DNA of 64,000 bases from Phoronis australis (lineage: Eukaryota; Animalia; Phoronida): contig NMRA01000086.1 of assembly GCA_002633005.1 (NCBI GenBank), positions 480,297-544,296 on the forward strand, written 5' to 3'. Positions 23,871 through 35,500 of the stretch are shown here, piece by piece. Every line of letters begins with the position of its first letter. Within the stretch, counting starts at the first letter, position 1. Below the pieces are notes generated by a model. The model made no database searches. It worked only from the letters and a program-made list of their open reading frames with translations, and had not been told where the DNA came from. Both the position numbers and the translations under genes were made by a program.

Positions 23871-25222
23871 TGTTTTCCGCCCACATATTTACATGTGATC
23901 GCATATTGCCGTCATCTCTGCTGGGCATCCGGCGTCCGCAGCTGTATCTCCTAAACCCCTCACAAAATGTTGATGAGATTTGGCAGACATGTTCCTATGA
24001 AGCTGACAACAAGTTTCAGACCTCTCCGACTACAGGTGTACCCCCAAGTGACAATTTTATTTTTTTACGCTTACCTCTGTATCTTCAAAAGTCCTCAACG
24101 GATTTTCATAAAATTTGACAGTTATTCATATATTAGCAAGATGACACTATTCTCCCATTTTCAGATGGATTCAAGGTGTTTTGCGCCACCTAGTGGCCAT
24201 ATTTACTGTTTTCGAGTCTGTTTTTTGGCGTCTGCACTTCTATCAACCAAACCGCTCTAGGGATGATTTTGAAAATTGGAATATATGTTCTTGCTTTGAA
24301 GAGGGCGGCTGACGATGATTTTCCGATGACTTTGAGTACTGTGGCGCCTCCTAGCGGCAGTTTTGGTTGTTTTTGCGCCCATGGCTGTATCTTCTTAACC
24401 TCTTACAGGATCTTGATGAGATTTGGCAGATGTGCTCTGATGAAGCTGACGACAGATCGCGACGAATTTCGGACCTCTCTGACTACCGGTGTGCCCCCTA
24501 GTGTCAATTTTAATTTCTTACGCTTACCTCTATATTTGGCGTTCCTCAATGGATTTTCATAAAATTTGGCAGTTTGGCATCTACTAGTGAGATGATGCCA
24601 TCCTCTCGTTTTCGGACTGATTCAGGGTACTTTGTGCCACCTAGTGGCCATTTTTACTGTTTTCGAGTCCACCCCTCCATCAACCAAACCACTCTAAGGA
24701 TGATTGTGAAAATTGGCATATATGTTCTTAGTGTAAAGAAGATGGTTAGCTCTAGTGATGATTTTGGTATATATGTTCTTACTGTGAAGGGGGCGGCTGA
24801 CGATGATTTTCCGATGAGTTTGACTACTATGGCCTCCTAGTGGCAGATTTGTTTGTTTTTGCGCCCATGGCTGTATCTCCTAAGTGCTCTACAGAATGTT
24901 TATTGAGTTTTGCTGGTGTATTTATGTATAGTTGAAAACAGAGTACGACAACTTTCTAACTGATTGCATTATCAGTGTGCCCCTTGTGGCAATTTTTTGT
25001 TTTTTACGTTTACCTCTGTATCGTCAAAGGTTCTCAATGGATTTTCATAAGTTTTAGCAAATAAGCATGTATTAGTGAGGTGACACTATTCTCTGGTTTT
25101 CGATTGAATTCGAGGTATTTTGCACCACCTAGTGGCCATTTTTATTATAAAATAAACACCCCTATAAGCACACCGGTTGCGGTGCATTCGTGGGCGCATT
25201 TGAATGCTCTGCGTTGCTCTTG
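23871..25222 (+). mobile_element. Helentron-associated HINE/DINE-1-like element with tandem central array
   Basis: T-rich 5' end with CGCCCAC subTIR, a repeated central block carrying GCGCCACCTAGTGG motifs, and a 3' inverted subTIR GTGGGCGCAT plus short hairpin ending TGCTCTTG. Homologous copies lie at 34-37 kb and 40.4 kb. Confidence 0.7.
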
Positions 25223-28200
25223 TATGTTTTTGTGAGGTCACACCCTGTTAGAATTTCAAGAATGTTCTTGTTTTACATTGCCTGTCACACAAGGTTGGAT
25301 GGAAATTGTATGTTGAGTAACAACATGCTCTCAATAGGCACACAAGTAAAAGAAAGCATATTTGATGAAGAATGACACTGGTCTTTTCCATGTGTTCCTC
25401 TGACAGTACGAATGAACTGTGACGTATGATATCTTAGCAATATCGCTTAAGTGCGAAAGGTAAGCGAAGTCTCAGCGAAGCTTGAAACCGAAGTTCCTCT
25501 AATGGGAAAGCACTTGATGTCCAAGGTGTGACCTAAGCCTGTATAGTGGCTGCCACTTTAAACATTATCTTAGCAACACTGCTAGATTTCAGTAACACTT
25601 GAGCCTGTGACTACCTTAAATGAGAACACGCGATTTTGGCTAGATTTTCAAAACTCTGCAAAATCTCACTTTTTAGCAAGGTCCTGGCATTACTGAACTC
25701 TGGTATACATCACTCTTATTTCATAACCTGTGACTCATTATTCAAAGAAAATAAATGCCCACATCATTTTGCAGGAGTTTTAGTTATTTTTTTTAAACCT
25801 AGACAAACGTATCTTGGAAAGGAATAGTCTTCTCAAATAATCCAGAGCTTGCTTGTGACTGATGGCAACACCCACCACATTAATTTTCATTTTACAAATC
25901 TCCAGTTATTTGCATGTGTAGTTATGCAGTTCTCAAGTGTGCCATCCACTTTACTTACCTAAATTACAGAACAGTTCAATTCCTTTGATGGACAGTAAAA
26001 TATGTCCAACCGACCAAAATACCGTCAAAAAAGAAAACACTTTACTTAACTTAATTGTGGAAGTAATATTGTCACAGGGTTGTTGGTCGACTCTCAGGAA
26101 GTACAGGCCTCCCAACCCCAGGGTGTCACAGACGGTCACTTGACAACTTATTCATCGTGGGAAATGCTCGTTAGAATTCGAGGTCTAATCAAGAGAGTTG
26201 ATCAAAAACCAATCAAAAATTTTCCTTGCCATGGCATTGTGGGTCGATTCTTTTCTAATTTCTGGTTCACATGTAACTTAATCCTGGGTTATATTCATTT
26301 TAAGGTCAAAGATTAAAAAAATAGTTATTACTTGGGAGTTAATTCAATTTATTCATGTCGTCATTAATGAACATATGACAATGATTACGAATGCAAATAG
26401 CCTCAGACTAAGCATATGGACAATTAAATTGTCAGTACAAGCACAAATAACTTCTAATCAAATAGAAACATTTTACCTTGTAAAATAATGAAGTAAAGTA
26501 ATAAAGATTGCAATATATAACTAAGAAGTGACCGATGAGATTTTCACCAAAACAGACTTAACAATATTAGTGACACACCATTGATGACCCATATCTATGG
26601 ACATTTGTTGCACAATCTTGCAAGGCTGAGAAATAGAGCCTACAACAGAACAGCTCAGTCCGCTTTACAAGAGTTATCTTGGTTTCTAAATTGCTCCCTT
26701 TCAATAATCCTACTTGTTCGGTTAAAGCTGAGTTTTAGCTTAACAGTCGGTAGAATCGCAGTTAAACACTCGCACAAACTTTTAGGTTTCTCCAATTTAA
26801 GAACCTCTGCTATCATCCAAGACAAGCATGGTAAGTTTTGAGCAAGAAAAATGCCCCCCAAATCGGCACACCCTGGATTTTGAGGCTGACTCGAAGCACT
26901 TTATATCTACCTAACTTGCGACTATTCATTTGACAGACTTTTAAACATAGCCATTAAATCAGTTTAAGGCAATTGTTTAATCTTTGAAGGAATTTTAGAT
27001 GATTTTTGTTTATTATTATTGCACTAAAGTTAAGAACTTTGGTTAACTTTCATCAAGCAAAAATTGTTCGAACGGAATGGCAATGCAGTAAGACAGTTGC
27101 AGAATTCAAACAGTGTGCCTGGACTGGATGAAAACGTTACAGCACAGTCGAATCTAGTTACAACAAACCTCTTGGGGCTTATCAAAGGCACTCATTGTAA
27201 CTGAGGTTCACTATAACTTTTTAAAGAAAAAAAAACAGTCGAGTTGTGGCTTTTAATTTTTAAAAATTAAATATATCTAAATGTACATTAAAACTCGCAC
27301 ATACACAGATTTGTTGTGAAGTTACCCACTGGACATCAAAAGTTGGTTCGTTAAAACCATTAGTGTTTGGTTAAAAACAAAGAATTTTGCATTGGACAAA
27401 GAGGGGACTTGCGGAATGGAACATTAGCAAGTGAACATTGCAAACAGGGTTCGTTTAATGCGATGAGATTATTTGTTTTATCACCAGTTTCATGCATCAC
27501 TGCCAAAAAGTAAATTGCTTTGTGCGGGGCACGAGACTGAAAAACACTGGGTGTCTCAGCCACTCGAACAGTTGTCAGCAGGAAATGTCCAAAAACACAA
27601 CTTGTTCTGTTGCATCACACTTTCAGTTTGAGGAATTATTAATTTTACTATTCTCATTTTACAGAACAGTTCAATTCCTTTGATGGACAGTAAAATATGT
27701 CCAACCGACCAAAATACCGTCAAAAAAGAAAAAGTGCCACACACTTACGGCCCATGCACAAATAGCTATTTGAATTGGGCACGCGGAACATTAAGTTAAG
27801 TCTCTCATCTGCATAAATGTAGGTCTACTGACATCTGTTTGACAGATAATGATGAGATGATTTCAAATGGTAATCGTGACAACAAATGCTTAAAATAATA
27901 TAAAGGAAACGAAATTTAACTCGCATCTGAATGATAATAATATGCAAAGGACTGACACTAGACAATTTTGAAAGCTAAAATACACAATGACGATAGATGA
28001 GCAGAACTTTACAGGCACCATACAAGAAGCTGGGTCAACAGCTTAGGTACAGTAACTGACAAACTGATTACAGTGGATGTTTCTCTATAATGTCCAGAAA
28101 TATTTGCTTACTCATCCAATCACATTGTTAGATAGGTTTATCAATGTCGCACAATGATATGTGTCAAAATTCCAAATTTGCCCTCTTTCTAAGTCCAATT

Positions 28201-29035
28201 ATTAAAATGGGCAGAAAATTTATGCAAGCTATGATAACGATGAAAGCAAAGTGTCAACCAATTGTAACCTTACGTACAGGAATTCAGCAAAATAGATTTC
28301 ACGTGTACACTGCCAGATTCCGTGCTTAATTGAAGAGTGTTAAAACATAGTGGTAATAAAATGTATGTCATGTTTGTCAATGACGATCAAAAGCACATTG
28401 TGGTTAATCAGAAGAAACAGATGCACACGTTTCATTGCTATGTACAAACCACTTGGTCAAAGTTATAACTTTTCCAATCGACAAAATTATGTGGCCAACG
28501 TTCCAATAGAACTGCTGAATGTAAGATTTTCATCTTGAATACTGGGTAGCAACAGCAGAATTTAAGACAACAAAAATGCACAGCTTCAAAATGTGACTAA
28601 GTGCTCGCTAACAATTGCAACTTAGCAGATCTTGTCTATCTGAACTTGATGTGGGTATAAAAGTTTTTTCTAGCTGTGAACAGAGACATCCAGGAGCTGT
28701 AACTGTTAGTGCCTGAGGGACACACATGTACTATGAACCTGCTTATCACAATAACACAGAGCCACTGTCACAAAACACACTCACATTTGAACACTGGCTT
28801 AGCACCCAAAACTATACATGACAAGTCTGTCATCTGCAGCCAAACTGAAATAAAACATTAAATCTGATATAGGATTACAGTGACTGATAAACTTGTAATG
28901 CTTGCTACAAACTGGTTAATGAATAGTAAAATATGAAACAGGTCAGCAGAGAAAATTGCCCTTGTAGGAGAATAATAATAACCAAGTAACACACTACATT
29001 GTGCTAGCATTAACACATTGGTCCACTAGAGTTAG

Positions 29036-29449
29036 ACAGCTTCACATGTGAACATTCAACACTATTCACTCTCTACTGTACAGCACCATATAAAACAGCT
29101 CCACATGTGAACATTCAACAATGTTCATTCTCTACTGTACAGCGCTATATAAAACAGCTCCACATGTGAACATTCAACAATGTTCATTCTCTACTGTACA
29201 GCGCTATATAAAACAGCTCCACATGTGAACATTCAACAATGTTCATTCTCTACTGTACAGCGATATATAAAACAGCTCCACCTGTGAACATTCAACAATG
29301 TTCACTCTCTACTGTACAGCGCTATATAAAACAGCTCCACATGTGAACATTCAACAATGTTCATTCTCTACTGTACAGCGCTATATAAAACAGCTCCACA
29401 TGTGAACATTCAACAATGTTCACTCTCCACTTTACAGTGCCATATAAAA
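29036..29449. repeat. 59-bp minisatellite, ~7 copies, in putative NFAT5 3' UTR
   Basis: Unit cagctccacatgtgaacattcaacaatgttcattctctactgtacagcgctatataaaa. Confidence 0.95.
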
Positions 29450-29593
29450 TCAACAATTTCATTAAGTCACAATAAATTCTTTGTATTAAATATAAGCACA
29501 CAAATAATTTAATCCAAACGATGTAGAAATGCCTTGGTCTCCATTGTTTGGAGCTCTGTCACATTGACAAGACTCTTTGACATGTCAGTTGAT

Positions 29594-32500
29594 TTAACTG
29601 CCAGGTGCTTGGGGCGTGGTGTTCACATAAGAAGATTGCAAGATAGCATTCACTGAAATGGACAACATAACAGTAAAATTATACATAACTTTTCAATAAA
29701 ATGTATTCTTTTTTAAGTTGCTTTAGCTTAAAATCAAAAGTTAGCAAGACAAAGAAATGAAAATTTCATCTAAAATGGTTTCAACAACATCACTCTCAGT
29801 ACAATTTTGTTTGTACCCTTCAAAAATGTTTAAGTAATTATGTGAAGTTTCACAATGACAGGATCCCTGTTTTTTCAGGAAGTATACTTTCACTAGCTAG
29901 AAATACCATTTTTTCGGGAAATAAACTTCTCCATTGTTTTGTATGTTGCGTGGACAGTAACGCTGCGTTCTTCACACGAACTGGCCAAGTACGGCGGAGC
30001 GTGTCATCTTTCGGAAAACGGCGTAATGGCATGCCCAAAGTGTGCGAGACAATAATGAGAACACCCGGGTACGTAGCAACCGTGCGGCATGTTGACTGAC
30101 TCGTAAACAAACGCAAACGAACTTATCACAACCAAGGTAAAACAATGTCTGACTTGACAGGTCACACAGTTAGACTATATGAAAACGTAATGGCGGGAAA
30201 TTCTTTACCCCCTAAATGTCACTTCTGGAGTAAGGCACTGCTAATTAATGAAACTACAGAAAGCCGTTATTAACTGAAACAAAAGTCTCGGATAATCAAC
30301 AAACCGTATTTTTACTGAAAATGACATTAAAAAAGGTTGCCTTCTCCTTTAATTTTTTTGCAATGTTGAATACCTGGGTGAATCTTTTATCTTCAGTTCT
30401 AATTTTAAAATTGACATCTTGCCTGTTTATAGAAATTTGTTCACTATTTATCCAAGTTCAAAGATAAAGACCTGTCACTCAAAATCGAATCTCCCACCAC
30501 CAGGCATAAAGCAGTTTTGTATGTACCCACAGTCCTCTTATTCACCGAGTTGCCAAGATATTGAGTTAATGAGGTGTACATTGCGTGGAAAGATAACGCG
30601 AGAAACAATGACAAAACATAGTTTCGATCTTGAGTAAATTGTACGTCTGCGTGCATACAACCATTAAGAATGAATTCACCAAGTCTAAGTCGCCGCTGAT
30701 GTCTGGCACTTGGTGTTCACAAACGCAGCAAGTCGTGAAAAAAAAAGATGAATGCTAACCCAAATTCATTAATTTCATTGGTAATTTGACGTTGCACGGT
30801 TTCAATCTCATGCTCATCGCACCCTTTAACCACTCTATTTCTACTGTCCATTTTGTAGATGGCTTATTTATCAGCCTCTCCGCTGTCTTGTTCATATGGT
30901 GTGTGTCACGCCTTTGACTCGAAACGCCGATTCAAAACGTTTTAGTGAAAATTAAGTTAATTACGCACTGAAAAATCAGTTGACATTGCACGTGAATGTT
31001 GAAATAACAAATATGGTTATGGCATGTATAGATTATGTTGACCAAAGACAAATTTTCACCGAATAATTAGGCAAAAACTGTCAAAGACATTTTGAAGACT
31101 ATGCACAATTTCCGCTTTTTCTCGGCTTTGGCAAATCGACTAAGTTGAAGTTAGGAATACAAGTTCTCGAAAATGGCTCGGTGGATTTCACTGAAACTTT
31201 CCAATTTTAATATTTTATTGTGAGTGTCAACAACTAAGGATTTAAGTCTTAGTTTTATTGTACTGCGCCCAAGACGAATACAACCGTTGTTTTTTACAAA
31301 AATGCCTCACATTTTGTGAGTTAATTTAGCATGGAAACAAAACTAAATGCGAAGTAGAAATTCAGTTTTTGAGAGATATCGGTCCCGCATTTGAGAACAA
31401 GTTTCCTCCAACAAATAACAGGCATCAAAGTTATTCTAAAAATCAGGAGTCCGTTGTAAGTGAGACTGTTGCCAAAACCTTCAACACCAAAAATCATTAA
31501 GAGCAAAGAGAAGCACTTACCATCTTCTACAGATATGGTAGGCAGTGACTGCAACACTTGACTGCCAGCATCTGCTGCCTCAGTCACATCCCTATTCACA
31601 CCGCTGTAAGGCTTGCCACAGGGGTCACTCCAGTCACCTACTAAAGTGTTCGTTTCATGATTGCCTAGCGACAGAGTCGCAGCTGGCACAGTCACACAGT
31701 GTTGGGACGGTACGGCATCGGTGACGCTTGTATCCATATGCATAGTAGTTTGAGTGTTTCCCAACGACATTGGTATAGTTGGCACGGTTGAATATTGTTG
31801 GGATGGTGTGGCACCAGTGACGTTTGTATCCATATTCATACCAGTTTGAGTGTTCCCTAATGATAGTGCCATCACTGGCGTCTCTGAATACTGCTCGGAT
31901 GGTGTGACAATGGCCCCCACATTCGTAGCACTTTGAGGGTTGCTCAATGCTGGTGCTGCCATGTATTGTTGAGATGATGCAGTGACGGAACCAATGCCAC
32001 CCATATTCATAGTACTGATTATACTGGTGTCCATGGCAACTGCATTGACACTGGTTTCTACAGACATGTCGGGGTTGGCCGATGCCATAGCGTATCTGAT
32101 GGCCGTGGCAAGAGGCGGGTCCATTGAAAGCAATGGCTGATTAACAGGAGCGTCCATATTGAAAGCATCCAAGGAGGATGTAGAGTGATCGACAGTTGTT
32201 TCCATGCCAACACCAGTCATGTGACCTTGAATCACACTTTTGACAGGCGCATCTAGGAAAAGTCCATGACTATTATGTGTGTCCATGGGTGTGTGAGCTG
32301 GCGGCAGGAACAGCTGATGGGTGTCGTCAGTGAAACACGTCGTCACTGCTGATGGCGAATGGATTGCAAGCGGCTTCACATCGGCCGTGTTAGCTTGCGG
32401 CGACACTACTTGGGAGTGCGATGACACCTCAGCACCGCTATAATGTGTAATGGCGGCTGGTAACATGCTGGGGTCTGGCTTCATACTAGTGACCTCGCCA

Positions 32501-35500
32501 CGACCTGCAACACAACACAACTCATTATCTTGACCTCAAAAATAAATTCCATACGTCAAGTTTAACTAATCTCTGAAGACGTATGTCGGACCAGAAACAA
32601 CTCCATGGCTATTAGTGCAGGTATCACAGATGCACAAATGGCATGCAGGCAACTGATGAATACTCCCCTATATATTAATCTTCAAGCGAGTATTCAGGTT
32701 AATAGCAGATAGTCAGGATTCATGAGAATTTCATGACCTTTGACATATATTCCAGCTTTATACCAAAGGACAATTTAACGTGCAGCACATGCAGCCATCT
32801 GTTCCTTGCCACATAATTATTGTACATTAAACACTTGGGGCCAATAGCCTTTAATTGACATAAACGAATAACAAGATCAACATACTTTCTGTGGCACTTG
32901 AAGACGAATTAGTAGACGACTCCAATGTGGAGTTGTGGGTGCTGGAGATGCCCACGCCAGCTGGGATCTGGAAAATTGCAGACGTTGTTGCTGTGGCAGC
33001 TACTTGCTGTTGAATAAGCCGATTCAACTCCAAGGCTTCTACAAGTAAATTAAGTTATATATTAAGGCATCTAAAATGGCCAAGACGGTTGTTTGACATG
33101 CAACTGGTGACAATAAATTTTCCTATCATCATACATTTTTTTAATGCTGATAAAGACCAGAAGTTCTTTTAGTTTGGTAATCACAAATATGTTAGGGCTG
33201 TTCCAGCAAAATCTGTATGGGAGGGGGGAAGGCACTTTTATTTCGTACCCACCGCCCATATTTTTCATTAATTTCTCCAACCCATGACCCATAATTTTTT
33301 TATTATTTTTAATAGGTTAAAATATAAAATCTAACACTTGCAAACAAATTGCCTCCAGGAGGACCTGTTCAGAACTTAGATGATTGACAGACAAGAACTA
33401 GTTGTCTTGTCCAATATTGTCAAAAACTAAAGTAGCCTGTGAGCAATACTTTTGGCAGCCGCCAGGTGTCTCTGTTCACCATGTGTCTATAATTTCAATG
33501 AACATTTTTTCAATTATAAGGATCTGTGAATCTCAAACTGTCTCCACGAACTCTTTTATACTTCTATGTCAACGGAATATTGGAAGTTGTTTATCTTACT
33601 CCTCATACTTTTTATTTAAAAATCATCAATTTTCTTATATGTGTTAACACCAGTTTAGTGTTGCATAACTTTTCAATTCAATAGGACTGCATACAAACAG
33701 TTGGCTCAAATCAAGTTGCCCATGACTTGATAAATGGCTTAGTGAACATATTGCACTCTGTTCACTGGCAATATGGGCTTTTTTGAATTGGGATAAGTTA
33801 GGATATATGCCAATTGCATTTTTTTGAGTTTCAATTTCTTTGAAGATGTGTTTGGCTGAAGTAACCGTCCTGTCAACATTAACGGTCAAAAAATACCACC
33901 CATTTTTAATGCATCACTTCTTACAGGAACAACCACCCATAAATTGAGTTTTTTTTCTGAAGACCACCACCCATGAATTTTTATTTCTACTGCCGTCCCC
34001 CCCCCTCCCACACGGATTTTACTGGAACAGCCGTTATCAGATAGCCAAAGAAAGTATCTAAAATAAAAGTGGCATACCAGGGTTTTGACTGCTCACAACA
34101 CACTTTCAAAGTTATTGAAACACATTGATTGGTCCGCTTGTCAAACAAAGACTTGTTGCCTAGTTATTATTTGCTTATGGCACAAGGGGCAAGTACACCA
34201 ATGTATTCGTTCTCTCCAAAACAAGAGCAACGCGGAGTGTTGAAATGCACCCACGGAGGCACTGCAAACGGTGTGCTTCTAGGGGTTTTTATTTGTATCA
34301 CAGAAATGGCCACTAAATAAGTTGAATCCATCACAAAAAGTAAACTTGTCGCTTCTTTAATAGAAAGCTATTTTAAATTACCAAATATTACAAAAACCCC
34401 TCAAGAAATTCAGAGAAACAGAGGAAAACGCAAAAAAGCGAAATTGCCACAAGAGGCTATGGGTGCAAAAAAACATAACGGCCACTTGGAGGCGCCACAG
34501 TAGTCAAAAATGTCGGAAAATCATCGTCAACCGTCCCCTTCACACTAAGAACATTATATGTCAATTTTCAAAATCATACTTAGAGTGTGTCAGAATAAAT
34601 ATTGATTAAGTAATTAGTAAGAATAGATCCATTTTTAAGTTGCCCAAAATTTGTGCATATGTACTTTTAAATCATGGGGTCAGACTTGTTGACATGTATT
34701 TTAACGTCAAAATCTATTTTTAGATGGTGTTTACAACTTTGGGTTCTGGGGTCAAAGTACTCTAGAGATTCTAGAATATTCTGAGAACAAATTTTAACAA
34801 CCAATAATATGATTGGATACGATCATGTGGTTTTTATTAGCCAATCACTAAATAAGTAGAATGTTATGTCATGGGCTGAAATCAACAAGATAATTAGATG
34901 CGCTATAGTAGTTGAAGCATAAAGACTTGCTACAGTGTACAGAAGCAATTGTACAACAGAGTCATCTCGTGGAAGATTCTAGAAAGGATCTTGGCAAGGG
35001 CAAGGGTTAACGAACAGGAAGTTAACTAAAAGCTTGTCACTTGCATTGTGGGTACTAAGATACTACCTGAAGTGTTGCGTCATCAGCCAGAGACTGTGAC
35101 CAGCAAGAAGAATCGCGGGTAGAAGAAATTGACTGCAAGTGTTGCATCACCAGAGACGGTGACCAGCAAGTACACTGTCACTATACAGTGTGTGTAGTTC
35201 GAAGATTCACCAACAGGACAGACATCCAACAAGTGGAGAGTCCTAGCTTGGATAGCAGGTAAGACATTTGATTGTTTTGGTTGTTTGATTAATTGGTTGT
35301 TTGATTAAAGTAATCTTTAAAGAGGGCGCTAGCGTAGTTACTCTTTGTAGTTGATAACTTAATTAACAATAGGTTTCATTTGTCTAATTAGGGGTTATCA
35401 TATGATAAATTAATTACTGGATTTGATTGTTCACTCTCCATCTACGCACAATCTCAAAGCATAGCTACCTTTTAAACAAACCCACAGTCAATCTCTGACA

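Noticed and set aside
29036-29449. CRISPR-like array (palindromic repeats)
   Set aside because: There are no unique spacers, no cas genes, and the context is eukaryotic. It is a plain minisatellite.
31321-32520. Stand-alone 399-aa gene
   Set aside because: It is bounded by an acceptor (32505) and a donor (31520) in phase with neighbouring NFAT5 exons. The hydrophobic tail is intron read-through.
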